DNA of 60,189 nucleotides from Betaproteobacteria bacterium. Its GTDB lineage: Bacteria; Pseudomonadota; Gammaproteobacteria; Burkholderiales; SG8-39. The stretch lies in assembly GCA_019237595.1 (NCBI GenBank), contig JAFAGU010000054.1, positions 1-60,189 of the forward strand, read 5' to 3'. Below are positions 53,005-60,189 of this stretch, piece by piece. The position numbers were made by a program, and so were the translations under genes. Under the pieces are notes generated by a model. That model worked only from the letters and a program-made list of their open reading frames with translations. It had not been told where the DNA came from and made no database searches. Each line of letters starts with the position of its first letter. Positions within the stretch are counted from its first letter, which is position 1.

Positions 53005-54876
53005 TCACGCCGGCCGGGCGCCGCGGGCCGCGCGCCGGCGGCGCACCAGCGCGACGACAAGTCCGGCGAGCGCCACCAGGATCGGCATCACGGCGATGTT
53101 GGCGACCTTCGTCCAGAAGACGAGGGCTTCCGCGTCCTGGCGCAGGTTCTTGCGCACTTCCTTGAGCTGCAGGCGCGTCTCGGCGACCGTCTTGCGGAAG
53201 CGCTCGAGCTCGGCCTGCTGCTCGGGGGTCATGATCTGGCCGCCCTTGGCGCCCGGCGCCGACGCGCCTGCGCCCTGAGCCCGCTGCAGCTGCTGCATCC
53301 GCGCGGTGGTCTTCTGCAGCTCGGCCTCCAGCGCCTGGATGCGGCCGAAGTACTGCTGTTGCGCGTTGGCCTCGAGCTCGCGCACGACGGTGAGCGGCCG
53401 GAAGGTCGCCGCGCGGCTGCGAAGCGAGATGAGGTCGTCGCCGGCGCTGAACTGCTCGACGAGGCCGAGCGCGAAGGCGAGGTTCCCGTTCGAGGGCACG
53501 ACGACCTTGCGGCCGAAGACGTCCTGCACGTCGACCGCCGCGCCGTCGGCGAGCATGTCGACGTCCGCGACGAGCACGACCGCGCCTTCCTTCGCCGACT
53601 GGCGCAGTTGCGGCGTGCCCGCGACCGGTTTCTTGTCCTTCTCGTTCAGGAGGCCTTCGGGGAACGCGGTCTTGAACTTGCCCGTGAGCCGCACCGCGAG
53701 CGGGAATGCCCGTCCCGCAGGCTGGAAGTTCGCCGTGGCTTCGTTGCCCGACTTCGTCGCCGCGGCGGTGTCGACGAGCATCGCTCTCTGAGAGCTGTGC
53801 AGGAGCGTCGTCGCGACGAGCCCCTCGGGCGGTTTCGCCTCGAACGCGCCGCCGAACGCATAGAGCAGCGTTTCGATGGACGAGGTGACCACGTCGTCGC
53901 GGTTGAAGGCCGTGCGGTTGAGCGAAAGCACCGTCGGTGTGTAGCGGTTCCCGCCGCCTGAGCCGAAGACGACATCCGACACCACCTTCTCCGCGGGAAA
54001 GGCGATACCCCAGGCCTTGAAGAGCGTCGGCAGCGTGGAGCCCGAGGGCTGAGGCGGCATGCCGGGCATCTGCCCCTGGTCGAAGTAGCAATAGGGATCG
54101 ACGAATGCGACGAGCTTGCCGCCGCGCAGGACGAACTGGTCGAGCGCGTACTCGGCCTCCGGCGGGATCCCCTGCGGGTGGATGACGAGCAGGACGGCGA
54201 GCGCCGGATCGATCTCCTTCGCGGTGAGCGGCACCTCCTTCACGTCGAACTCGCGCCGCAGCTCGCTCGCAAGCACCCAGGGCTCGGAGCTCTGGCGCGT
54301 AAAGGGATTGAAGCGCTCGCCCAGGACCGGAAGCCCGGCCATCACGCCGACCTTGGGGCGCTCGGGCTGGCCGACGCGCGAAATCGCGCGCACGAGGTCG
54401 TATTCGAGCAAGCGCTCGCGCTGCGGCGAGAGGGCGCCGATCACCTGCTTGCGATCGAGCTGGCTTACCGAGGCGCCGAGGTAGAAGGTCTCGCCGGTCA
54501 CGAGCTGCTGCGGCTCGATGCCGTCGAGCTGCGCCGCGTCCTCGATCTCGGAGTCGGGCTTGGGATCGAGCCGCTCGACGACGAGCTTGTCGCCTGCCTC
54601 GCGCTTGAGCTCGTTCACGAGGTCGGAAACGCGCTGCGCGAAGCTGCGAAGCGGCACCGGGACCGCCTCGCCCTGCGAAGCGTAGAGCTTCAACTTCACC
54701 GGCGCCTGCAGGCCCTGCAGGATGCGCTTCGTGCCAGGGGAAAGGGTGTAGACCTTTCCATCCGTGAGGTCGACGCGTGCCGGCGCCTTCGAGAGCAGGA
54801 AATTCGCCGCCACGAGGACGAGGAAGAGGGCGACGAGGCCGAGCGCCGAATACAGGACTTGTCCTGAGCGTTTCAT
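53005..54876 (-). CDS. GldG-like ABC-transporter auxiliary protein (ABC-type uncharacterized transport system)
   Basis: 623 aa with N- and C-terminal TM anchors flanking a large exported domain. It sits immediately after an ABC-2 permease, as in gldA-gldF-gldG-type operons. Confidence 0.75.
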   Translation of the reverse strand: MKRSGQVLYSALGLVALFLVLVAANFLLSKAPARVDLTDGKVYTLSPGTKRILQGLQAPVKLKLYASQGEAVPVPLRSFAQRVSDLVNELKREAGDKLVVERLDPKPDSEIEDAAQLDGIEPQQLVTGETFYLGASVSQLDRKQVIGALSPQRERLLEYDLVRAISRVGQPERPKVGVMAGLPVLGERFNPFTRQSSEPWVLASELRREFDVKEVPLTAKEIDPALAVLLVIHPQGIPPEAEYALDQFVLRGGKLVAFVDPYCYFDQGQMPGMPPQPSGSTLPTLFKAWGIAFPAEKVVSDVVFGSGGGNRYTPTVLSLNRTAFNRDDVVTSSIETLLYAFGGAFEAKPPEGLVATTLLHSSQRAMLVDTAAATKSGNEATANFQPAGRAFPLAVRLTGKFKTAFPEGLLNEKDKKPVAGTPQLRQSAKEGAVVLVADVDMLADGAAVDVQDVFGRKVVVPSNGNLAFALGLVEQFSAGDDLISLRSRAATFRPLTVVRELEANAQQQYFGRIQALEAELQKTTARMQQLQRAQGAGASAPGAKGGQIMTPEQQAELERFRKTVAETRLQLKEVRKNLRQDAEALVFWTKVANIAVMPILVALAGLVVALVRRRRAARGARPA

Positions 54877-54883
54877 GGCCGGA

Positions 54884-55618
54884 TCAGCCCGAGCGGTGCG
54901 CGCGCAGGATGACGCTCGTCGCGAAGAGCGAGAAGCCGATCACCGAGGCGAAGTAGACGAGGTCGCGCGTGTCGATGACGCCGCGCTGCAAGCCGTCGAA
55001 ATGCGTGACGACGGAGAAGGCCGCAATCGTATCGACCACCGCCGGGCTCGCCCACCGCACCAGCAGGTCGGTGACGGGATTGAATCCCGCGAGGACGAGG
55101 AAGAGGCAGATCACGATCGAGACGATGAAGGCGACGACCTGGTTCCGCGTCATCGCGGAGGTCATGCAGGTGATGGCGAGGTAGGTGCCGGCCAGGAGGA
55201 AGCTGCCGAGGTAGCCCGCGGCGATGACGCCGTTGTCCGGGCTGCCGAGCACGTTCACCGTGAGCACCGCAGGGAAGGTGAGGAAAAGCGCGAGCCCGAG
55301 GAAGAGCCACGACGCCAGGAACTTGGCGAGGATGGCCTGCCAGGTCGCGATGGGAAGCGTGAGCAGGAGCTCCAGCGTGCCCGAGCGCCGCTCCTCGGCC
55401 CAGAGGCGCATGCCCACCGCGGGCACGACGACGAGGAAGATCCAGGGGTGCCAGCCGAAGAACGCCGCGAGGCTCGCCTCGCCGCGCTCGAAGAAGTTGC
55501 CCGCCGTGAAGGTGAAGAAGCCCGTGAGGAGCAGGAAGATCACGAGGAAGACGTAGGCGATGGGCGAGGCGAAGTAGGCCCCGAGCTCGCGCTTGACGAG
55601 CGTCCAGACGATCTTCAT
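54884..55618 (-). CDS. ABC-2-type transporter permease (GldF-like)
   Basis: ATG at 55618 overlaps the ATPase stop (ATGA). 244 aa, about 6 TM segments, with an N-terminus KRELGAYFASPIAYVF typical of the family. Confidence 0.8.
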   Translation of the reverse strand: MKIVWTLVKRELGAYFASPIAYVFLVIFLLLTGFFTFTAGNFFERGEASLAAFFGWHPWIFLVVVPAVGMRLWAEERRSGTLELLLTLPIATWQAILAKFLASWLFLGLALFLTFPAVLTVNVLGSPDNGVIAAGYLGSFLLAGTYLAITCMTSAMTRNQVVAFIVSIVICLFLVLAGFNPVTDLLVRWASPAVVDTIAAFSVVTHFDGLQRGVIDTRDLVYFASVIGFSLFATSVILRAHRSG

Positions 55619-56553
55619 CGCGCCTGAGCCGTGTCGGGAAGCGTGATGCGGCGGAAGACTTCGTCCAGCTCGCCTCGCTCGCTGTACATGCCTTCGACCC
55701 TCCAGCTGCGGCGCCCGACGAGGTCCACCACCGCCTGGGCGAGTTGGGCGGGCGTCTGGTCGGCCTTCGGAAAGATCCTGAAGGCCTCGCCGACCTGCTC
55801 GACGCGGCCCAGCGCTTCCAGGTCCTCCTTCATCGCGCCTTGCGCCTGCAGCGTGACGGCGCCGTGAAGCGTCGACATCGCACGCAGATCCTCCGGCGTG
55901 CCATTGGCGACGATCTTCCCGCGGTCGATGATGATGGCGCGCGTGCACGCCGCATCGACTTCCTCGAGGATGTGCGTGGAGAAGACGATCGCCTTCGAGC
56001 GCCCGAGCTCGCGGATGAGCTGGCGCACCTCGTGCTTCTGGTTCGGATCGAGCCCGTCGGTCGGCTCGTCGAGGACGAGCACGTCCGGATCATGGATGAG
56101 CGCCTGCGCGAGGCAGGTCCGATGGCGGTAGCCCTTCGAGAGCGTGTCGATCGATTGATGCAGGACCGACTCGAGGAAGCAGCGCTCCACCGCGCGCGAG
56201 ACGGCGCGCTTGCGCGCCTCGCCTGCGAGGCCCCGTACCTCGGCGGAGAAGCGCAGGAAGGCGCCCACCGTCATGTCGGGGTAGGCCGCCGCGTTCTCGG
56301 GCAGGTAGCCGATCAGGCGCTTCGCTGCGATCGGCTCCGCCTCGATGTCGTGGCCGCCGACCGTGATGCGCCCGGACGTAGGCGGCATGAAGCCCGTGAT
56401 CATGCGCATGGTGGTCGACTTGCCTGCGCCGTTCGGGCCGAGGAAGCCGAGCACCTCGCCGCGCTCCACGGCGAACGAGATGCCGTCCACCGCGCGCTTC
56501 GCGCCGAAATCCTTGACCAGGTTCTCGATGGTGATCATGTTCGAGGGCCGCAA
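55615..56553 (-). CDS. ABC transporter ATP-binding protein (GldA-like)
   Basis: Walker A GPNGAGKST, signature-like LSKGYRHR, and Walker B VLVLDEPT. An alternative start is MITIENL at 56538. Confidence 0.9.
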   Translation of the reverse strand: MRPSNMITIENLVKDFGAKRAVDGISFAVERGEVLGFLGPNGAGKSTTMRMITGFMPPTSGRITVGGHDIEAEPIAAKRLIGYLPENAAAYPDMTVGAFLRFSAEVRGLAGEARKRAVSRAVERCFLESVLHQSIDTLSKGYRHRTCLAQALIHDPDVLVLDEPTDGLDPNQKHEVRQLIRELGRSKAIVFSTHILEEVDAACTRAIIIDRGKIVANGTPEDLRAMSTLHGAVTLQAQGAMKEDLEALGRVEQVGEAFRIFPKADQTPAQLAQAVVDLVGRRSWRVEGMYSERGELDEVFRRITLPDTAQAR

Positions 56554-56610
56554 TTATCGCCGAATTGCGGCGCTACAATCCGCGCCTCTTCCGCCATTGG
56601 AGGCACGGCC

Positions 56611-57570
56611 ATGAAATTGGTTCTGCGCGGGATTCTCCTGGGAACGGCGCTCGCCGCGAGCCTCGCCTGTGCGCAGGAATATCCCTCCAAGCCGGTGCGC
56701 ATCGTCGTGCCGTTCGCGCCCGGCGGCGGCTCCGACTTCATCGCGCGCTTCATCGCCCAGCGGCTTTCCGATTCGACGGCGAAGCAGTTCGTCGTGGAAA
56801 ACCGCCCGGGCGCGGGCGGCGAGCTCGGCGTCGAGGCCGGCATCAAGTCGCCGCCCGACGGCTACACGCTCACGCTCATCGCCTCGAGCTACACCGTGAA
56901 CCCCTCCATCTACAAGCTGAGCTTCGACCCGGTGAAGGACATCACGCCCATCATCCAGCTCTCGCAAGGGCCGCTCGTCGCCGTCGTGCGGCCCGATTTC
57001 CAGGCGAAGACGCTGAAGGAGCTCATGGCCATGGCGAAGGCGAAGCCCGGCCAGGTCAACTTCGCCTCGTCGGGGCAGGGGAGCGTCATCCATCTCGCCA
57101 CCGAGCTCTTCGCGAGCATGGCCGGGATCAAGATGAACCACATTCCCTACAAGGGCACGGGGCCGGCGCTGACCGACACGCTGGCAGGACAGACCGACGT
57201 CTTCTTCAGCAGCACCGCGAACGCGATCGGCCACATCAAGGGCGGGAAGCTGCGAGCGCTCGCCGTCACGACCGCGAAGCGCATCCCGGCGCTCCCGGAC
57301 GTACCCACGGTCGCGGAAGCCGGCGTGCCGGGCTACGAGGTCGTGCTCTGGCACGGCCTCATTGGGCCCAAGGGCCTGCCCAAGCCGATCGTCGACAAGC
57401 TGAACGCCGAGGTGGCGAAGGCGCTCAAGCTCCCCGAGACCGCCGACAAGCTGCAAAGCGACGGTGTCGCGCCCGCCGGAGGCTCGCCCGAGCAGTTCGC
57501 GAAGCAGATCGCGAAAGAGATCGGCGTCTGGCGCAAGGTCGTCGCCGACGCCCACGTGAAGGCGGAGTAG
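56611..57570 (+). CDS. Bug-family (TctC-like) substrate-binding protein, orphan
   Basis: GGAGG RBS. Signal peptide MKLVLRGILLGTALAASLACAQ. It has the YPSKPVRIVVPFAPGGGSDFIAR motif. The upstream part of the track ORF is antisense to the ABC ATPase and is rejected. Confidence 0.88.
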   Translation: MKLVLRGILLGTALAASLACAQEYPSKPVRIVVPFAPGGGSDFIARFIAQRLSDSTAKQFVVENRPGAGGELGVEAGIKSPPDGYTLTLIASSYTVNPSIYKLSFDPVKDITPIIQLSQGPLVAVVRPDFQAKTLKELMAMAKAKPGQVNFASSGQGSVIHLATELFASMAGIKMNHIPYKGTGPALTDTLAGQTDVFFSSTANAIGHIKGGKLRALAVTTAKRIPALPDVPTVAEAGVPGYEVVLWHGLIGPKGLPKPIVDKLNAEVAKALKLPETADKLQSDGVAPAGGSPEQFAKQIAKEIGVWRKVVADAHVKAE

Positions 57571-57588
57571 GCCGCGCACGACGTCCTC

Positions 57589-58764
57589 GTGATCGGCGCC
57601 GGCGCCGCGGGGCTTGCCGCGGCGCGCGCGCTTGCCGACGCCGGCCGGTCGGTGGCGGTGCTCGAGGCGCGCGAGCGGATCGGCGGGCGTTGCTGGACGC
57701 GGCGCCTTCCCGGCGTCGCCGCGCCGGTCGAGCTCGGCGCCGAGTTCATCCACGGGCGGCCGCGCGCGACGCTCGATCTCATGGCTCGCGTCGGCGTGCC
57801 GGGAGTCGACTCGAGCGAAACGCAGCGCCTTCTCGATCGCGGCCGGTTGCGCGAGGTCGACGCCTTCGACGCCGCGCAAAAGGCAATGAGCCGCCCGCCC
57901 TCGCGGGACGTATCGTTTGCCGAATTCCTGGCCCGGAAGAAGCTCCCGGCCCTGACGAAGCGCCTCGCGACCATGATGGTGCAGGGCTTCGACGCCGCCG
58001 ACCCGCGGCTCGTGAGCGCGCGCGACATCGCCGCCGAGTGGAGCGAGGCGTTCGAGACCGCGGAGATGCGGCCGCAGGGCGGCTACCGTCCGCTCCTCGA
58101 CTTTCTCGCGCAGGGCCTCGACGTGCGGCTCGGCTCGCCGGTGCGCGAGATCCGCTGGCGGCGCGGAGAAGTCGAAGTGAACGGCCTTCGCGCGAGCAAG
58201 GCGATCGTCACTCTGCCGCTGGGCGTGTTGCAGGCGGGCTCGGTGCGGTTTTCTCCTCATCTCAGAAAAGAAGAGCCATTGACGGCACTGGCGTCCGGGC
58301 CCGTGATCCGCGTCGCCATGGCCTTCCGCGAGCCGTTCTGGGAGAAGCGTTTCGGAGACGTCGCGTTCTTCCACGCGCCGCAGTCGCCGTTTCCAACGAT
58401 GTGGACGCCGTTGCCGATGCGCGTGCCTTTGCTGACCGCGTGGGCGGGCGGTCCGAAGGCGAGTGCCATGACGGGTTCTTCGCGAAGAGATCTTGTCGAT
58501 CTGGCGCTTCGATCCGTGCGCACGGTGTTCGGAAGAGATCCAAAAATCACGGCCGCGCTCGTGCAGGACTGGGCCGCCGACCCCTTCGCGCGCGGCGGCT
58601 ACAGCTACGTCAAGGTCGGCGGCGAGCGCGCGCGCCGGGCGCTCGCGCGCCCGATCGACCGGACGCTCTATTTCGCAGGCGAGGCCACGAACACCGAAGG
58701 CGAGGCCGGGACTGTCGGTGGCGCGCTACAAACGGGACTGCGCGCCGCGGAGGAATGTTTGTAA
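57589..58764 (+). CDS. flavin-containing amine oxidoreductase (polyamine/monoamine-oxidase-like)
   Basis: GAGAAGLAAARAL...VLEARERIGGR is an FAD beta-alpha-beta motif, and the C-terminus YFAGEAT is the amine-oxidase signature. The only available start is GTG at 57589, which clips the first beta-strand (see findings). Confidence 0.75.
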   Translation: MIGAGAAGLAAARALADAGRSVAVLEARERIGGRCWTRRLPGVAAPVELGAEFIHGRPRATLDLMARVGVPGVDSSETQRLLDRGRLREVDAFDAAQKAMSRPPSRDVSFAEFLARKKLPALTKRLATMMVQGFDAADPRLVSARDIAAEWSEAFETAEMRPQGGYRPLLDFLAQGLDVRLGSPVREIRWRRGEVEVNGLRASKAIVTLPLGVLQAGSVRFSPHLRKEEPLTALASGPVIRVAMAFREPFWEKRFGDVAFFHAPQSPFPTMWTPLPMRVPLLTAWAGGPKASAMTGSSRRDLVDLALRSVRTVFGRDPKITAALVQDWAADPFARGGYSYVKVGGERARRALARPIDRTLYFAGEATNTEGEAGTVGGALQTGLRAAEECL

Positions 58765-58813
58765 AATTCCCGCCTCTCCGGGCGTCAACGCATTCATTCC
58801 GCAACGAGGAACC

Positions 58814-59836
58814 ATGGACAAAGAGCTTCTTTCCAAGACCGCGGCCGCGATGGTCGCCAAGGGCAAAGGCATCCTGGCCGCCGACGAGTCGAGCGGCACC
58901 TGCGAGAAGCGCTTCAAGTCGGTGAACGTCGAGTGCACCGAGGAGAACCGCCGCGCGTACCGGAATCTCCTCTTCAGCACGCCGGGGGTCGAGCAGTTCC
59001 TCTCCGGCGTCATCCTCTTCGACGAGACGGCGCGCCAGAAGGCGAACGACGGCACGTCGATTCCGCAGTACCTCGCGAAGAAGGGGATCATCCCCGGCAT
59101 CAAGGTGGACAAGGGCATCGTCAACCTGCCCTTCACGAACGAAGAGAAGGTCACCGAGGGGCTCGACGGCCTGCAGAAGCGGATGAAGGAATACTTCGAA
59201 CTCGGCTGCCGCTTCGCCAAGTGGCGCGCGGTCATTACGATCGGCGAAGGTATCCCGACGCACGCCTGCCTCTATGCGAACGCCCATGCGCTCGCTCGAT
59301 ACGCGGCCATCTGCCAGGAAGCGTCGATCGTGCCCATGATCGAGCCCGAAGTGCTCCTCGACGGCAACCACAGCGCGGAACGCTCCGAGGAAGTCCACGA
59401 GGCGACGCTCCGCGCGACCTACGCCGCGATCGCGGCCTACAACGTCTCGGTCGAGCACCTCATCCTCAAGACGAGCATGTGCGTCTCCGGCAAGGACCAC
59501 CCGCGCCAGGCGGGCGTCGATGAGGTGGCCGAGCGCACTGTGCGCGTCCTCAAGCGCACGGTTCCGGCGGCGCAGCCCGGGATCGTCTTCCTCTCGGGCG
59601 GGCAATCGGACGAAGCCGCTACGGCTCACCTGAACGCCATGGCGTCGATGAAGGGCCTGCCGTGGCCGCTCACCTTCTCGTACTCGCGTGCCCTGCAAAA
59701 CTCGGCACTCAAGGCCTGGCGCGGCCAGGCGGGCAACATGGCGGCGGCGCAGAAGGCCTTCCACCATCGCGCGCACATGAACGGGCTCGCCTCGCAAGGG
59801 AAGTGGCGCGCCGATCTCGAGAAGGCGGCCGCCTGA
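58814..59836 (+). CDS. fba: fructose-bisphosphate aldolase, class I
   Basis: GAGGA RBS. It has [30 protein letters not shown] (Schiff-base Lys region) and FLSGGQS; 340 aa. Confidence 0.9.
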   Translation: MDKELLSKTAAAMVAKGKGILAADESSGTCEKRFKSVNVECTEENRRAYRNLLFSTPGVEQFLSGVILFDETARQKANDGTSIPQYLAKKGIIPGIKVDKGIVNLPFTNEEKVTEGLDGLQKRMKEYFELGCRFAKWRAVITIGEGIPTHACLYANAHALARYAAICQEASIVPMIEPEVLLDGNHSAERSEEVHEATLRATYAAIAAYNVSVEHLILKTSMCVSGKDHPRQAGVDEVAERTVRVLKRTVPAAQPGIVFLSGGQSDEAATAHLNAMASMKGLPWPLTFSYSRALQNSALKAWRGQAGNMAAAQKAFHHRAHMNGLASQGKWRADLEKAAA

Positions 59837-60189
59837 TGGCTGTGTTCGAATCCAAGATCGATTCCCTGAAGCGAATCGGGCGTGGAAAGGTCCGCGACAT
59901 CTACGCGCTTGGCGAGGACAAGATGCTGATCGTGGTGAGCGACCGGCTCTCGGCGTTCGACGTCGTGCTGCCGGACCCGATCCCCGACAAGGGCGCGGTG
60001 CTCAACCAGATGGCGAACTTCTGGTTCGAGAAGCTCGGCAACATCGTGCCGAACCAGCTGACCGGCATCGATCCCGAGAGCGTCGTTTCCGCCTCGGAGA
60101 AATCGCAAGTGAAGGGAAGGGCGGTGGTCGTGAAGAAGCTCAAACCGCTGCCCATCGAGGCGGTCGTGCGCGGCTACATCATCGGCTCG
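59836..60189 (+). CDS. purC: phosphoribosylaminoimidazole-succinocarboxamide synthase (SAICAR synthetase), 3' end beyond window
   Basis: ATG at 59836 shares its A with the fba TGA. My own translation reads [64 protein letters not shown]..., the PurC N-terminal signature. This ORF is not in the track because it has no stop in the window. Confidence 0.9.
   Translation, partial: MAVFESKIDSLKRIGRGKVRDIYALGEDKMLIVVSDRLSAFDVVLPDPIPDKGAVLNQMANFWFEKLGNIVPNQLTGIDPESVVSASEKSQVKGRAVVVKKLKPLPIEAVVRGYIIGS

Noticed and set aside
56554-56610. CAATT-N7-AATTG inverted repeat and TACAAT (56574-56579) between the ABC ATPase and the Bug gene, considered as a promoter/operator.
   Set aside because: The arms are only 5 bp and there is no acceptable -35. 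This is too weak to call without transcript data.
57568-57570. The in-frame TAG between the Bug gene and the amine oxidase, read as programmed read-through, pyrrolysine, or a genuine Bug-oxidase fusion.
   Set aside because: Nothing in the window suggests pyl genes or a PYLIS-like context. A periplasmic binding protein fused to a cytoplasmic FAD enzyme makes no topological sense. It is kept only as a start-codon anomaly in the findings.
1-60189. Whole-window search for mobile elements, CRISPR arrays, tRNA/rRNA genes, toxin-antitoxin pairs or defence systems.
   Set aside because: Every gap is under about 155 nt and none shows cloverleaf-like or repeat-spacer structure. No transposase, integrase, nuclease, ATPase-defence or small paired-ORF signatures were seen in any frame.

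Overview
Densely packed, high-G+C proteobacterial chromosomal DNA, about 60 CDS, with third codon positions almost all G/C. Two orphan Bug/TctC-type binding proteins and a tkt-gap-pgk-pyk ... fba-purC backbone suggest a Burkholderiales-like betaproteobacterium; that is inference only. I found no rRNA, tRNA, CRISPR array, IS element, integrase or phage gene. No intergenic gap exceeds about 155 nt.

Layout:
- 1-5.8 kb: housekeeping genes (lpdA 3' part, rpiA, a TPR/GT41-like glycosyltransferase, yggX, argA).
- 5.8-14.4 kb: rsmE, then a GntR-controlled divergent sugar-acid cluster (IlvD/Edd dehydratase, UxaA-type dehydratase, two SDRs, an FAH-family hydrolase, a Bug binding protein, a secreted DUF4189-like protein).
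- 14.4-18.5 kb: beta-alanine-pyruvate transaminase, a fused AdoMetDC-spermidine synthase gene, nudC.
- 18.5-25.9 kb: tkt-gap-pgk-yjbQ-pyk plus a secreted TPR protein.
- 25.9-40.0 kb: the most interesting block. A TetR gene with a palindromic operator is followed by a translationally coupled 10-gene operon. It joins a sugar-type module (TIM-barrel isomerase, atypical long enolase-superfamily protein, Gfo/Idh/MocA, DUF993-like) to a CoA-thioester module (family-I CoA-transferase, 2x MaoC, SDR, AroE-like dehydrogenase, acyl-CoA dehydrogenase). A TRAP transporter and a second TIM-barrel enzyme follow.
- 40.0-48.5 kb: a second TRAP system with a periplasmic mutarotase, divergent from a GntR-led uronate-oxidation operon (2-hydroxyacid DH, Udh, LigI/Gli-like amidohydrolase, Gfo/Idh/MocA).
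- 48.5-56.6 kb: a co-directional minus-strand string (GldA/F/G-like ABC system, DUF4340, small Gln-rich secreted protein, EF-G-2 paralog, alpha/beta hydrolase).
- 56.6-60.2 kb: a Bug binding protein, a flavin amine oxidase, class-I FBP aldolase, and the purC 5' part.

All functional calls come from motif and family recognition by eye. No database search was run.
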